A stretch of DNA of 64,000 nucleotides from Thermoplasmata archaeon (GTDB lineage Archaea; Thermoplasmatota; Thermoplasmata; Lutacidiplasmatales; UBA184): contig JAGWLG010000010.1 of NCBI GenBank assembly GCA_028864975.1, positions 26,352 through 90,351 of the forward strand. The letters are read 5' to 3'. Below, one piece after another: positions 8,454-18,153 of the stretch. The notes under the pieces are model-generated. The model saw nothing but the letters and a program-made list of their open reading frames with translations, had not been told where the DNA came from and did not search any database. Made by a program: the position numbers and the translations under genes. Within the stretch, counting starts at the first letter, position 1. Each line of letters starts with the position of its first letter.

Positions 8454-9695
8454 GTGCCCGCCCCCACTTCCCCTTCCTCTGACCCCTCGCTTCCGTTATC
8501 CCCTCTCGAGGCCGAGCTCCAGGACATCCTGCCCAGAGCTTCGGCCTGGCGGCAGGCCATCCACCGCTCTCCCGAGCTCGCCTACGGCGAACGAGGGACG
8601 CAAGCGACGGTCCTGGAGGTGCTCCGGCGGCTCGGGATCCCGGCGGAGAAGTTGGGCGACACGACCGCCGTGGTGGGCCTCATCGCACCCAAGGCGAAGG
8701 GTCGGTGCGTCGGGGTCCGGGCCGATATGGATGCGCTACCGATCTGCGAGGGGACCGGAGCGCCGTTCGCTTCGACCAACGGAGCGATGCATGCGTGCGG
8801 TCACGACGTCCACGTCGCTTCTCTCTTGGGCGCGGCCGCCTACTGGAAGGCCCACGAGGGCGACCTCCCCGGCCCCGTGAAGCTCCTCTTCCAGCCCGCG
8901 GAGGAGGAGGGGGCCACGGGAGGCGCACTCCCGATGGTCAAGGCCGGCGTCCTCGATTCCACACCCAGGGTCGATGCGGTCTTCGCGATCCACCTCAAGA
9001 ACGTCCTACCGAACGCGACCTTCGGGGTCCGCCCAGGCCCCGCCATGGCCTCCCCGGACCACTTCGAAGTGAAGGTGCTGGGTCGTGGAGGGCATGCCGC
9101 CTACCCGCACAAGGCAATCGACCCCGTCGTCATGGCCAGCGAGGTTGTCGTTGGTCTCCAAGCTGTGGTGAGCCGCTATCGCGACCCTCTCGACCCGGTC
9201 GTAGTCTCCGTCTCGATGATCCACGGGGGCGAGAAGGACAACATCCTCCCCGACAAGGTCGAGCTGGAGGGCACGATCCGCACGGTACGCCCCGACACCC
9301 GGGACCGCATCGAGAAGGTCTTCCATCAGCGGGTGCGCGGGATCGTCGAGAGCGCAGGCGGGAAGGTGGAGATCGTCTACCATCGGGGCTATCCCGTCAC
9401 GGTCAACCCCCCGAAGGTCGCGGCCCTCGTCGAGGAGGCGCTCCGCCAGGAGTTCCCTTCCGAACGGGTCCTCCATCTTGAGGAGCCCTACATGGGCGGG
9501 GAGGACTTCTCCCGTTTCTTGGAGGAGCGGCCCGGGCTCTACATGTTCGTGGGGACGGACGACGGCGGCGCCGGTGGCCAGGCGATGCATTCTGCGCGCT
9601 ACCTCCCTCCTGAGCGCGCGGTCCTCACGAGCATGGCCGGGCATGTGTGCGCCGTGCGTGCGCTCCAGCATGCCCCTGCCAGCGCCCTCGGGTGA
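8454..9695 (+). CDS. M20D-family amidohydrolase (hippurate hydrolase/carboxypeptidase-like)
   Basis: IHRSPELAYGE, VRADMDALP, MHACGHDVH, LFQPAEEE, GRGGHAAYPH, MGGEDFS, HS metal-binding motifs. Confidence 0.92.
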   Translation: MPAPTSPSSDPSLPLSPLEAELQDILPRASAWRQAIHRSPELAYGERGTQATVLEVLRRLGIPAEKLGDTTAVVGLIAPKAKGRCVGVRADMDALPICEGTGAPFASTNGAMHACGHDVHVASLLGAAAYWKAHEGDLPGPVKLLFQPAEEEGATGGALPMVKAGVLDSTPRVDAVFAIHLKNVLPNATFGVRPGPAMASPDHFEVKVLGRGGHAAYPHKAIDPVVMASEVVVGLQAVVSRYRDPLDPVVVSVSMIHGGEKDNILPDKVELEGTIRTVRPDTRDRIEKVFHQRVRGIVESAGGKVEIVYHRGYPVTVNPPKVAALVEEALRQEFPSERVLHLEEPYMGGEDFSRFLEERPGLYMFVGTDDGGAGGQAMHSARYLPPERAVLTSMAGHVCAVRALQHAPASALG

Positions 9696-9813
9696 GACCC
9701 GGGACCTCCTCGAGCACCGTCCGGCAAGTGGGACCGACCCGCCAACCGTCCCGTCCGAACCGGTGAGGCCGAGGGTGAAAGGGTCTTGACCCTAGCACCG
9801 TCCCCGGCCTCGG

Positions 9814-10215
9814 GTGCTGCCGATGCTCGCGAAGTCCCAACTGGTGACCTTGGTGCCGATCAGGAACATGGACCGCGCGGTCAAGTTCTACACGAAGACC
9901 TTGGGGGGGAAGCTCCTCATGCGCGCCACCGGGGAGATGAGGGACGGATGGGCCTCGGTGAAGGTCGGGGGCGACGAGCTCTGGCTCATTGTCCCCTCGA
10001 AGAGGGAGCGTCGGAGCGCGGCGTACTCGACCTTCGTCGTGAAGGACATTCGCAAGGTTGTCAAGGGACTTCTTCGACGGCGCGTCAAGTTCGACGCCGC
10101 GGAGCGGATGCCCGGCTCGAAGGCCGAGGGCCCGATCGCGGTCGCCCCTTGGGGCTCGTCCGCTTTCTTCCATGACACCGAAGGCAACCTCTTGATGCTC
10201 TGGCAGAACGCTTGA
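9814..10215 (+). CDS. VOC/glyoxalase-family protein
   Basis: VPIRNMDRAVKFYTKTLG; FVVKDIRKVVKGL; PWGSSAFFHDTEGNLLML. Alternative start ATG 9823. Confidence 0.85.
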   Translation: MLPMLAKSQLVTLVPIRNMDRAVKFYTKTLGGKLLMRATGEMRDGWASVKVGGDELWLIVPSKRERRSAAYSTFVVKDIRKVVKGLLRRRVKFDAAERMPGSKAEGPIAVAPWGSSAFFHDTEGNLLMLWQNA

Positions 10216-10252
10216 GCCGGGGGCACGGGAATCCCGGGGGCTGGGAACCGAC

Positions 10253-10738
10253 ATGCCGAGATCCCCTCCCGCCGCACGTGGGGTACGGCACGGAGCCGTT
10301 CTCCCTCGGCGGAGGCCCGCGAGCCCTCGCATCGGGGGCGGGCGAGCGAGAAAGGGGCGGGGCCCAACACGCGAGAGCGTCTCGGACGCTGGGACCAAGG
10401 CGGTGGACGCCTACCTCCGAGGGGTGGCCCCGAAGTGGCGGGGGCTGCTCACGGAGATGCGAAGGACGATCCGCGAGGCGGCGCCCGAGGCCCGCGAGGG
10501 GATCTCGTACCGGATCCCCACGTTCTTCCACCATGGGAACCTGGTCCACTTCGCGGCCTTCGAGGGCCATGCGAGCTTCTTCCCCGGGAGCGGAAGGGCG
10601 CGCGAGAAGTTCCCCCGGGAACTGCGTTCCTTCCCCGGGACGAAGGGCTCGATCCACCTCACGCCGGAGCATCCCTTGCCCTCTGCGCTCGTGAAGCGGA
10701 TCGTCCGCTGGCGCGTGCGGGAGAACGAGGGGCGATAG
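10253..10738 (+). CDS. DUF1801/YdhG-like protein (true start probably near 10403)
   Basis: VDAYLRGV...RRTIREAAPEAREGISYRIPTF...LVHFAAFEGHASFFP...TKGSIHL...LVKRIVRWR. Confidence 0.8.
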   Translation: MPRSPPAARGVRHGAVLPRRRPASPRIGGGRARKGRGPTRESVSDAGTKAVDAYLRGVAPKWRGLLTEMRRTIREAAPEAREGISYRIPTFFHHGNLVHFAAFEGHASFFPGSGRAREKFPRELRSFPGTKGSIHLTPEHPLPSALVKRIVRWRVRENEGR

Positions 10739-10807
10739 CGGTCGGAAGGGGCGTGCGTGCCCTCTCCGCATCGCTTTGATAATCTTGCACGCTCCCGCCA
10801 GCCCGCC

Positions 10808-12043
10808 ATGGCCGCCCTGGTGCCCCGTTCTGACTTCCCGGCGCTCCAGCCTTCTCGAGGGAAGAGCGAGGTGCCGGCCTACCTCGACAGCGCTTGCATG
10901 TCCCTCGTCCCGTCGACCGTCCTCGACGCGCTCCGCGCGTACTACACCGAGTACCCGGGGTGTGGGGGACGGTCCGTCCATCGGTGGGCGGAAGAGGTTA
11001 CGCGCAGGTACGAGGACGCTCGGGAGACTTTCGCTCGGTTCCTCGGGGCCCCTGACCCCGCTCATCTCGTCCATGTCCGCAACACCACCGAAGGGATCAA
11101 CGTCGTCGCACGCGGATTCCCGTTCCAGAGGGGCGACCGGGTCCTGGTCTCCGATCAGGAGCACAACTCGAACCTTGTCGTGTGGCAGTACTTGGTGAAG
11201 GAGAAGGGGATCCGCCTGGAGGTCCTCCCTCTTCCCGACGACCGCCCCTTCGACCCCGAGGCTCTCGAGCGGGCGCTCGCGAAGAAGGTCCGGCTCGTGA
11301 GCTTCTTCCACAGCTCGAACCTCGACGGACGTACCCTCCCCGCCAAGGAGATCGTCCAGCGGGCCCACGATCACGGAGCTCAGGTCCTCTTCGACGGCTC
11401 GCAGGCCGCCCCCCACGAACTCATCGACCTCAAGTCGCTCGGGGCCGACTTCTACGCGCTCTCCTTCCACAAGATGCTGGGGCCGACGGGGACCGGCCTC
11501 CTCTACGGCGCCCCGGGGGCGCTGGAGCAGCTCTCCCCCCTCCTCCGGGGCGGGGAGACCGTCGCCTGGTCCGACTACGACGCCCACGAGCTCCTCCCGC
11601 CTCCGCATCGTTTCGAGGCCGGTCTCCAGAACTACGCCGGCGTGCTGGGAGCACGCGCCGCGGTCGACTATCTGGCGAAGGTCGGGATGGAGAACATCCC
11701 TCCCCACCACGCGCGGCTGCAGCGCCGCGTCACGAAGGAGCTCGCCGACCTCCCCGGGCTTCGCTTGCTCGGCCCGCCTCGCCCTGAGGACCGTGGGAAC
11801 ATCTTCGCCTTCGTCCTCGCGGGCATCAACCCCCATGACGTGGCGCTCTTCCTGGACGAGGGTCACGGGGTCCTGGTGCGCTCCGGGATGAACTGCGTTC
11901 ACTCGTGGTATCGCGCCCGGGGGCTCGACGGGAACGCCCGGGCCTCGTTCTACCTCTACACGGACGAGGGGGACGTCGACCGGTTCATCGCGGGCGTGCG
12001 GGAGCTTCGGGAACGCATCCCCGCTCCCATGGTCCCCGCTTGA
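10808..12043 (+). CDS. Cysteine desulfurase, SufS/CsdA-like (class V aminotransferase)
   Basis: YLDSACMS, RNTTEGIN, EHNSN, FDGSQAAPH, SFHKMLGPTG (PLP Lys), FEAGLQNY, VRSGMNCVH (catalytic Cys), RASFYLY. Confidence 0.85.
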   Translation: MAALVPRSDFPALQPSRGKSEVPAYLDSACMSLVPSTVLDALRAYYTEYPGCGGRSVHRWAEEVTRRYEDARETFARFLGAPDPAHLVHVRNTTEGINVVARGFPFQRGDRVLVSDQEHNSNLVVWQYLVKEKGIRLEVLPLPDDRPFDPEALERALAKKVRLVSFFHSSNLDGRTLPAKEIVQRAHDHGAQVLFDGSQAAPHELIDLKSLGADFYALSFHKMLGPTGTGLLYGAPGALEQLSPLLRGGETVAWSDYDAHELLPPPHRFEAGLQNYAGVLGARAAVDYLAKVGMENIPPHHARLQRRVTKELADLPGLRLLGPPRPEDRGNIFAFVLAGINPHDVALFLDEGHGVLVRSGMNCVHSWYRARGLDGNARASFYLYTDEGDVDRFIAGVRELRERIPAPMVPA

Positions 12044-12167
12044 GGGGCACCCAAGAACGTCGTACCTCAGCGTCGCTCCCGCGCTTCGATGCGAACGACC
12101 CATCTCGCGGCGGTCGGTGGGGTCGAGCCTTACCAGCGCCGAGCGGGACGGGGTCGCTCGGGACGGC

Positions 12168-12713
12168 CTATCCCCGTCGAACGGCCCCGTCCTGGCCAGA
12201 GGTGTGAGGCTTCGGGCGGGCCAGATGGCTTGGAACGAGCAGGACCGGGACATGGACCTTGGGGACGACCTTCGCCGAAACTTCCTCGACCAGCCAGTTG
12301 ACCAGCGCACCGTGCTGGGTGGTCCCCAGGACCACAAGGTCCGCCTTGAGCTCCGAGCACTTCGCCGCGAGACGCTCTGCCGGATGACCCAGCTCAACGA
12401 GCAGCGTCGCCCGGACGCCGACTTCCGCACCTTCGGCGACGAGCGGCTGGAAGCGCTCCAGATTGACCCTGACCATCGAGGCGCGCTCGCTCTCGTTCAT
12501 CCGCGCGACGGCGTCGTGGAGAAGGTCGATCAAGTGCAGGACCCACAGGTCGCTGCCATGTTGCTGCGCGATCTCCAGCGCGACGTGCCAGGCGGGTCCG
12601 GACCGGTCGTCCCCCTCGTATCCCACGAGGATGCGTCTCGGCGGTACCGAGTAGGTATGCGGCGCGGTGGGCGACGGGACGGACGGGTCGGCGGACGGTT
12701 CCTTCGGGACCAT
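12168..12713 (-). CDS. Universal stress protein (USP)
   Basis: RRILVGYEG, LWVLHLID, ELGHPAERL, ADLVVLGT, HVPVLLVP. Confidence 0.88.
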   Translation of the reverse strand: MVPKEPSADPSVPSPTAPHTYSVPPRRILVGYEGDDRSGPAWHVALEIAQQHGSDLWVLHLIDLLHDAVARMNESERASMVRVNLERFQPLVAEGAEVGVRATLLVELGHPAERLAAKCSELKADLVVLGTTQHGALVNWLVEEVSAKVVPKVHVPVLLVPSHLARPKPHTSGQDGAVRRG

Positions 12714-12804
12714 GGCTCACCTTACCGCTCCCCCGTCCGATGGTGGCCGCCGCAGATGAACGTGTCGTCCACCCTTCTCCTGCGCTCCCCGAGGTCGGCA
12801 CCGC

Positions 12805-14082
12805 TCATCCGCCCAGGGCTCCTTCGGAGCCTGTCGAGGCCCCCTCCGATGTCACCTCGTGCCGAAAGGTTCGCGCGACGTAGCGGTCAGCGACGATGTT
12901 GCCGGTCACGATCGAAAGGAGTGCGACCCCGAGGACCCCCGCCACCACCACATGGACCGTCGACGTGGGAAGTCCGGTCGAGGTGTGGAGCAGCCCTAAC
13001 GCTAGGACCACCGGGAGGGCCCCGCGGATGCCCGAGAGCGTCAGGACATGGTACCACTCCCTCGGGAGGCGGTGGTCCCGTCCGCTAGAGAGGGTCGCGA
13101 AGGGGATGTGAGCGTAGACCGAGAGGGCCCGTCCCACGAAAAGCAGCGCGAAGGTCAGGAGGATGAGCGGAAGGAAACCCTCCAAGCTGGAGACCGCGAA
13201 GAGGAGACCCATGGCGAGGAAGATGACCGAGTTGTCGATGTAGACCACCACGTTCCAGAAGACCACCACGGATTGCCGGACCTCGGGGTCCATGGCCCTC
13301 GGGGCCACGAAGGTCCCCACGGCGATTCCCGCCAGCGCGGTCGAGACGATGCCCGAGGCCCCTACCGAGGACGCGATGAGGTACGAGCCATAGGCGGCCA
13401 CGACGGTGAGGGCCGTCTCCACGGCGGGGTCGTGCAGTTCGCGGTGCAGCACGTAGACCCCTCCCGCAACGAGGAGGCCGATCGCGGCCCCGCCTCCGAT
13501 GAGCCAGAAGAACTGCTCCACCGCCGGTAGGAGTTCGACCCGGCCGGTCGCCACCACCGTGAGCACGAGCGTGAAGAGGATGACCCCGACCGCGTCGTTC
13601 AGTAGGGACTCGCTCTCGACGATGGTCGAGAGCTCTTGGGGGACCCGGATCCGCTTGAAGAGGTCCACGATGCCGATCGGGTCCGTTGGGGAGAGGATGG
13701 AGGCGAGGAGGAGCGCGGCCCCCAAGGGAAGAAGCCCCACGAGCACGAGCGCCTCCCCCGTGAAGATCGCGGTCAGGACCACTCCGACAAAGACGAGAAA
13801 GAGCACGGTCGCCGCCCTGGAACGAAGCGCTCGGAAGTTCACATGGATGGCCGCCTCAAAGACGATAGGGGGCAGCAACAGGTCGAAGAAGACCGAAGGC
13901 GTGAAGATGGAGGCCACCCCGGCGAGCGTCGGGCCGAGCCAGGACGTTTCGGAGAGGAGCCCCAGCAGGATCCCGAGCGCGACGAGCGCGATGGTCAGCG
14001 GGACCTTGACCCACTTGCTGGCCGCCACCACGGCCACCGCGAGGACGAGAAGGAGGAGGAAGGGAAGCAGCGAGAGGGTCAC
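12805..14082 (-). CDS. nhaP: CPA1 (NhaP-type) Na+(K+)/H+ antiporter
   Basis: About 12-13 TM helices; LLPPIVFEAA, ILSPTDPIGI, ESESLLNDAVG, SGIVSTALAG, GIRGALPVVLAL. Confidence 0.92.
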   Translation of the reverse strand: MTLSLLPFLLLLVLAVAVVAASKWVKVPLTIALVALGILLGLLSETSWLGPTLAGVASIFTPSVFFDLLLPPIVFEAAIHVNFRALRSRAATVLFLVFVGVVLTAIFTGEALVLVGLLPLGAALLLASILSPTDPIGIVDLFKRIRVPQELSTIVESESLLNDAVGVILFTLVLTVVATGRVELLPAVEQFFWLIGGGAAIGLLVAGGVYVLHRELHDPAVETALTVVAAYGSYLIASSVGASGIVSTALAGIAVGTFVAPRAMDPEVRQSVVVFWNVVVYIDNSVIFLAMGLLFAVSSLEGFLPLILLTFALLFVGRALSVYAHIPFATLSSGRDHRLPREWYHVLTLSGIRGALPVVLALGLLHTSTGLPTSTVHVVVAGVLGVALLSIVTGNIVADRYVARTFRHEVTSEGASTGSEGALGG

Positions 14083-14173
14083 AGTTCCTCGCTTCGCCGC
14101 TGCGGTCTGCGGCGGCGGGAAGCCGCGGCCCTCCGGGCGACGGGGCCTCGAGGGGCGGCAGTGGGCACGTGCT

Positions 14174-14905
14174 TCAGCGCCCCTGAGGGAGCCCGTACCA
14201 CTGGGCGAAACGCTTCAGGTTGGCGAGGCTCCCGATCACCAGCACGGCCGTCCCCACGTCGAAGCGCGTCGACGAGGGGGGGTTGATGACCGTTCGGTAT
14301 TCCTCCTTACCCGCTGGGCCCGGGCCCCGCACGATCCCAAGGACAAGGCAGTCGGAAGCCTGGCGAACCCGTCGTTCGGCCTCAAGGAGCGGGAGGCCTG
14401 CGATCGGAGCGCCCTCGAGCACACGGTACTCCTGGACGTCGGCCCCGTAGGCCGCCGTGGTCAGGTCCTCCAGGGTCTGAACGACCTCGGGACGGAAGGC
14501 GGCGGAGGCGCACATGCGTCCGCCCATGTCCTTGGTCGAGACGATGAAGGTGACCCCGGCCGCCTTGAGGGTCTTGCGAAGCTCAGGTCGATGGAGGCTC
14601 ACGACGACCCGGACCGTCGGATGCACGTTCCGAGTGAAGAGCGCCGCGATGAGGTTCACAGTGTCCTCGGAGTGGCAGAGGATCAGGGACGCGGCCTTCC
14701 CCACCTCGGCCCGCTCGAGGGTCTCGGGACTGGTCAGGTCGCCCCGAACAACGGGCGTCCTCTCAGGGCGGACCGCACCCCGAGCGGCCTCCTCCTCCTT
14801 CGCGTTCTCGGCGATGACCACGACCTCCCTGCCGCTCGCGAGCAGTTCGCGGACCGCCGCGGCGCCAACGGTCGTGAAGCCCCCGACGATGACGTGGCCC
14901 TTCAT
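14174..14905 (-). CDS. Stand-alone RCK (TrkA-N + TrkA-C) regulatory protein
   Basis: GHVIVGGFTTVG Rossmann start, VVRGDLTSPETLERAEV, DTVNLIAAL, C-terminal RCK_C (LVLGIVR...INPP...VLVIG). No TM pore segment. Confidence 0.85.
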   Translation of the reverse strand: MKGHVIVGGFTTVGAAAVRELLASGREVVVIAENAKEEEAARGAVRPERTPVVRGDLTSPETLERAEVGKAASLILCHSEDTVNLIAALFTRNVHPTVRVVVSLHRPELRKTLKAAGVTFIVSTKDMGGRMCASAAFRPEVVQTLEDLTTAAYGADVQEYRVLEGAPIAGLPLLEAERRVRQASDCLVLGIVRGPGPAGKEEYRTVINPPSSTRFDVGTAVLVIGSLANLKRFAQWYGLPQGR

Positions 14906-15765
14906 CGCACTTCTCCCGGGGCCCTGCCGTGCTTCCTCGTCCGGGAAAGAGCGGGCCGGCGGGCCCCAGCCCCCGTTAGCCGCACCCTCACCGGCGGTGG
15001 GGTCAGCTGCATCGTGACCTGGGATAGGTCGCCGACCGGGACCACCCGGGTCCCTCGAGACGGCGCTCCCGGACCCGTGCTCGGAGGTGAAGCGGACCGC
15101 CCCTCGCTACGGCCGAGGGCGAAGACCGCCAGCATGCCGGCGGCCTGGGCGCCGGCCACGTCCTCGGGGGCGTCCCCGACGTGGACCGTTTCCCGGGAGC
15201 GGACCCCCATCTCGTCGAGGCACATCTGGAAGATGCGAGGGTCCGGCTTGCACCAAGGAAGTTCCTCGCTGAGCGACAGGACATCGAAGTGCCGCAGCAG
15301 CCGATGCTCGGCGAGAAGCCAGCGAACGCTCTCGGCAGGCTCGGAGAGCAGGTTCGACACCACTCCCAAGCGGACCCCCTGCGCCTCCAGGCGGGGGAAC
15401 AATCGGAGGACCTCCCGATCCACATGCACCGGCAGCTTCCTCACCAGGGGGTCGAGCCTGCGGGCGATGGCCCCGGGTTGGTGGAGGCGTCCTGCGAGCT
15501 CGGCCGCGTGACGGCTCTGCTTCTCGATCGACGCCGACCGCCCTCGGGCGGCGCACGCTTGGGCCTCCTTCCAGGCCGCCTTGACCGCCGCGCGTGGCGG
15601 GGTGGGTCGGGCGGCGAGGTCGCCTCGGGCCGCCCACGAGCTCACTTCCTCTTCCCAGATCTCCAGGCGGCGCCGCTCGTACCGACGAGCTTCGGAGGGC
15701 TCGAGCCGGAAGATCGTGCCCCATAGGTCGAAGGTCATGCCGCGGACCTCGGTGCCCCACAACAT
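14902..15765 (-). CDS. HAD-superfamily hydrolase
   Basis: Motif I FDLWGT, motif II GVVSN, motif III KPDPRIF, motif IV HVGDAPEDVAGA. Start placed at ATG 15765. Confidence 0.88.
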   Translation of the reverse strand: MLWGTEVRGMTFDLWGTIFRLEPSEARRYERRRLEIWEEEVSSWAARGDLAARPTPPRAAVKAAWKEAQACAARGRSASIEKQSRHAAELAGRLHQPGAIARRLDPLVRKLPVHVDREVLRLFPRLEAQGVRLGVVSNLLSEPAESVRWLLAEHRLLRHFDVLSLSEELPWCKPDPRIFQMCLDEMGVRSRETVHVGDAPEDVAGAQAAGMLAVFALGRSEGRSASPPSTGPGAPSRGTRVVPVGDLSQVTMQLTPPPVRVRLTGAGARRPALSRTRKHGRAPGEVR

Positions 15766-15797
15766 GCGTCGTCCCGCGGGATGGGCAGCCCCTCGCG

Positions 15798-15914
15798 CTA
15801 GAGCCCCCTGTAGAGAAGGTACAGGACGACCAGCAGGGAAAGGGCCACGGCGGCCACCAGGAACACGAGCAGGCGCTGCCGGGTCCTCTTCGTGCCGTGG
15901 AAGCGTCTCGCCAT
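15798..15914 (-). CDS. 38-aa single-TM membrane peptide
   Basis: MARRFHGTKRTRQRLLVFLVAAVALSLLVVLYLLYRGL: basic N-terminus plus one hydrophobic helix, co-oriented within the gene run. Confidence 0.4.
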   Translation of the reverse strand: MARRFHGTKRTRQRLLVFLVAAVALSLLVVLYLLYRGL

Positions 15915-15996
15915 CTGCTCCCCCCACCACGCCTGGAACGTCCCCGAGGCGGGGCCGAAGGGAGAGGTAGGCCCGGCGAGGAGGAGTTCCCCGGCG

Positions 15997-16773
15997 CTAG
16001 CTCGCAATCGACCACCTCCGTCGGGGGCGTCGTAGCGCTTCCAGGACGAGGGAGACCCGTCGGTTCGCCTCCGTGGCGACCGGCTCACGGTCCTGAGGTC
16101 TGCGGACGAAGAGGACCAGCGAGAGCTCCGCCACCCCCGGGGTCCTCGCACGGTTGGTCAGGATCGGTGGGAACCTGGGGTCGAGACGAGGGCGGAGCCG
16201 GCTCAGGCTCTTGCGCACCTCGCTCTCGAAGGAGGGGAGGTCCACGTTGTTGTCGAGCGTGACAGGGATGACCACCTCGCGCCAGGCGTTGGGGGTGAGG
16301 TTGAGCACCACCTCGCGGACGAAGGTGGAGTTCGGGACGGAGACCAGGTGGTCGTCCTCGGAAAGGAGCACGGTGCTGATCGGATTGATCTCGATGACCT
16401 TGCCGGCGTGGTTGCCCACCTGGACCGTGTCCCCGGCCTTGAACGGCACGTAGACATCCGAGAAGTACTTCGCCCCCAGGTTCTCGAGCGGCACGCGGAA
16501 GGCGACCACCAGGGCGACCCCTGCGATGGCCACGACGAGAAGCAGGATGTCCGTCGCGACCCCGAGGGTCTGGACGGCGATCACGATGCCCACGACCCAG
16601 ATGAGCGCGGAGGAAAGGCGGACGGCGGTCGCCGCCACGTGAGGCACGCTCTCCTGCATCGCCGCACGGAGGATCCCGCCCACGCCCCGCGCAACGAGCC
16701 AGGTGACCACGAGCACGATCCCCGCGAGGGCGACCGGCTCGACCGGTCCCAGCTGGTCCAGATAGGGGAGCAT
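15997..16773 (-). CDS. mscS: MscS-family mechanosensitive channel
   Basis: Three TM helices, then LENLGAKYF, VPFKAGDTVQVG...GKVIEINPISTVL...VSVPNSTF. Confidence 0.88.
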   Translation of the reverse strand: MLPYLDQLGPVEPVALAGIVLVVTWLVARGVGGILRAAMQESVPHVAATAVRLSSALIWVVGIVIAVQTLGVATDILLLVVAIAGVALVVAFRVPLENLGAKYFSDVYVPFKAGDTVQVGNHAGKVIEINPISTVLLSEDDHLVSVPNSTFVREVVLNLTPNAWREVVIPVTLDNNVDLPSFESEVRKSLSRLRPRLDPRFPPILTNRARTPGVAELSLVLFVRRPQDREPVATEANRRVSLVLEALRRPRRRWSIAS

Positions 16774-18153
16774 CTACGCCTCCGCGAGCTCTTCCATGAG
16801 CTTGGATTCCTCGATGGCCGCGTTGTCCAGCGAGCAGAGCGAGGAGGTCCGGTACCCCTCGTCTCCCATCATGGAACGGAGCTCGGGGTCGTTGAGGAGG
16901 GTCTCTATCTGGGCGGCGAGGGTGACTTCGTCCGCCGGGTCGAAGGTGAGGCCGTTGCGGCCCGAACGGATGATCTCGGTGATCCCGGCCTCCCGGGAAA
17001 CGAGCGTCGGGCGACGATGTAACCAGCTTTCGACGACGACCAGCCCGAAGCCCTCCTTCGAGGAAGGTAGGACTGTGAAGAGGCTGCGCTCGTAGAGCGC
17101 GTCCAGGGTCTCCTGGGTGACGTGGCCGGTGAACAGGACGCGTGCGTCGAGGCCAAGCCGATGGACCAGCAACTCGAGCTCGGAGCGCCACTGGGCGGAC
17201 TTTGACAGCGCAAGCCCTCCCTTTGCCCCCGAGAAGCTGCCGTTCCCGACCAGTACCAGCTTGAGACGAGGGAACTTCCGGGCAATCCGCGCGAAAGCGC
17301 GGATCGCGCGGTCCTGACCCTTCGCGGGGTCCATCCTGGCGACCAACAGCCCCACCTCGTCCTCGGGCCGAAGACCCAAGGCCGCACAGCGAGAGGCGAT
17401 CTCCGGGGGCGAGGGATACCCATACTCCTTGGGGTCCACGTAGGGGTAGAGCCTTCGCGTGTCCCCCTGATACCCGAAGTCCCGGAGGGCCGAGCGGTAG
17501 CGGTCCGTGCTGACGACGACCGTGTCGTAGTGGGAGAGGTACTCCTCGAACGTGGCCCCCCACTCGGGGGGGACCGTCGTGGGACCGAACGGGATGTGCC
17601 AGCGGAAGAGCTTCGGTTTCAGCCCGCCCAGCATCGCACCCACCTGGAGCTGCTGGAAGTCGTGGATGTAGAACAGGTGGAAATCGTACTTGCGATCGAG
17701 CCGACGTAAGAGCTCGGCGGTCGAGCGATTGTAATAGGCGTACTCGGAGAAGTCGTCCGTCCAGAGGAGGTCCGAGGGGCGCCCCGGGGTCCTGAGCCCG
17801 TGGGCGAGGCGCCAGATCGCCTCCTTGACCACTCCGTACCCCAGCATGCGGGCGCGTCCAATCGAGACGTTGTGGAGCGCGAGGTCGTGGTAGCGCATCT
17901 TGGGAGGGGCGTTGGGGTTCAACGCCACCCAGTGCGCTTTCCCCAGGGTTCCTCGCGACCGGAGCCGTTCGACCAGGGGGAGCACCATCCGGGTCACTCC
18001 CCCCGGCGAGAGCCGGTAGTCCTGGCCTTCCTTGAGCCGGTCGAGGTCGAGCTCCTTCGCGACCCGTCGCTGCCGTGAAGTGGCGGGCCAAGGGGACAAC
18101 AGCTGGACAAGAGGGGTCTGCGTGTTGATGCAGATGCTCAGAGGTTCCTCCAT
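16774..18153 (-). CDS. GT4 glycosyltransferase, trehalose synthase (TreT)-like
   Basis: GGVTRM, IHDFQQL, FRWHIPF, VARMDPAKGQD, EGFGLVVVESW, SREAGITEII. Start placed at ATG 18153. Confidence 0.8.
   Translation of the reverse strand: MEEPLSICINTQTPLVQLLSPWPATSRQRRVAKELDLDRLKEGQDYRLSPGGVTRMVLPLVERLRSRGTLGKAHWVALNPNAPPKMRYHDLALHNVSIGRARMLGYGVVKEAIWRLAHGLRTPGRPSDLLWTDDFSEYAYYNRSTAELLRRLDRKYDFHLFYIHDFQQLQVGAMLGGLKPKLFRWHIPFGPTTVPPEWGATFEEYLSHYDTVVVSTDRYRSALRDFGYQGDTRRLYPYVDPKEYGYPSPPEIASRCAALGLRPEDEVGLLVARMDPAKGQDRAIRAFARIARKFPRLKLVLVGNGSFSGAKGGLALSKSAQWRSELELLVHRLGLDARVLFTGHVTQETLDALYERSLFTVLPSSKEGFGLVVVESWLHRRPTLVSREAGITEIIRSGRNGLTFDPADEVTLAAQIETLLNDPELRSMMGDEGYRTSSLCSLDNAAIEESKLMEELAEA

Noticed and set aside
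8454-9695. M20 amidohydrolase as the missing DAP-pathway deacylase
   Set aside because: It lies 31 kb from the operon, M20D enzymes have broad roles, and a DapL route needs no deacylase.
14174-15765. Frameshifted K+ channel pore upstream of the RCK gene
   Set aside because: The upstream sequence encodes an intact HAD hydrolase, and no TVGYG-like filter or TM helices were seen in other frames.
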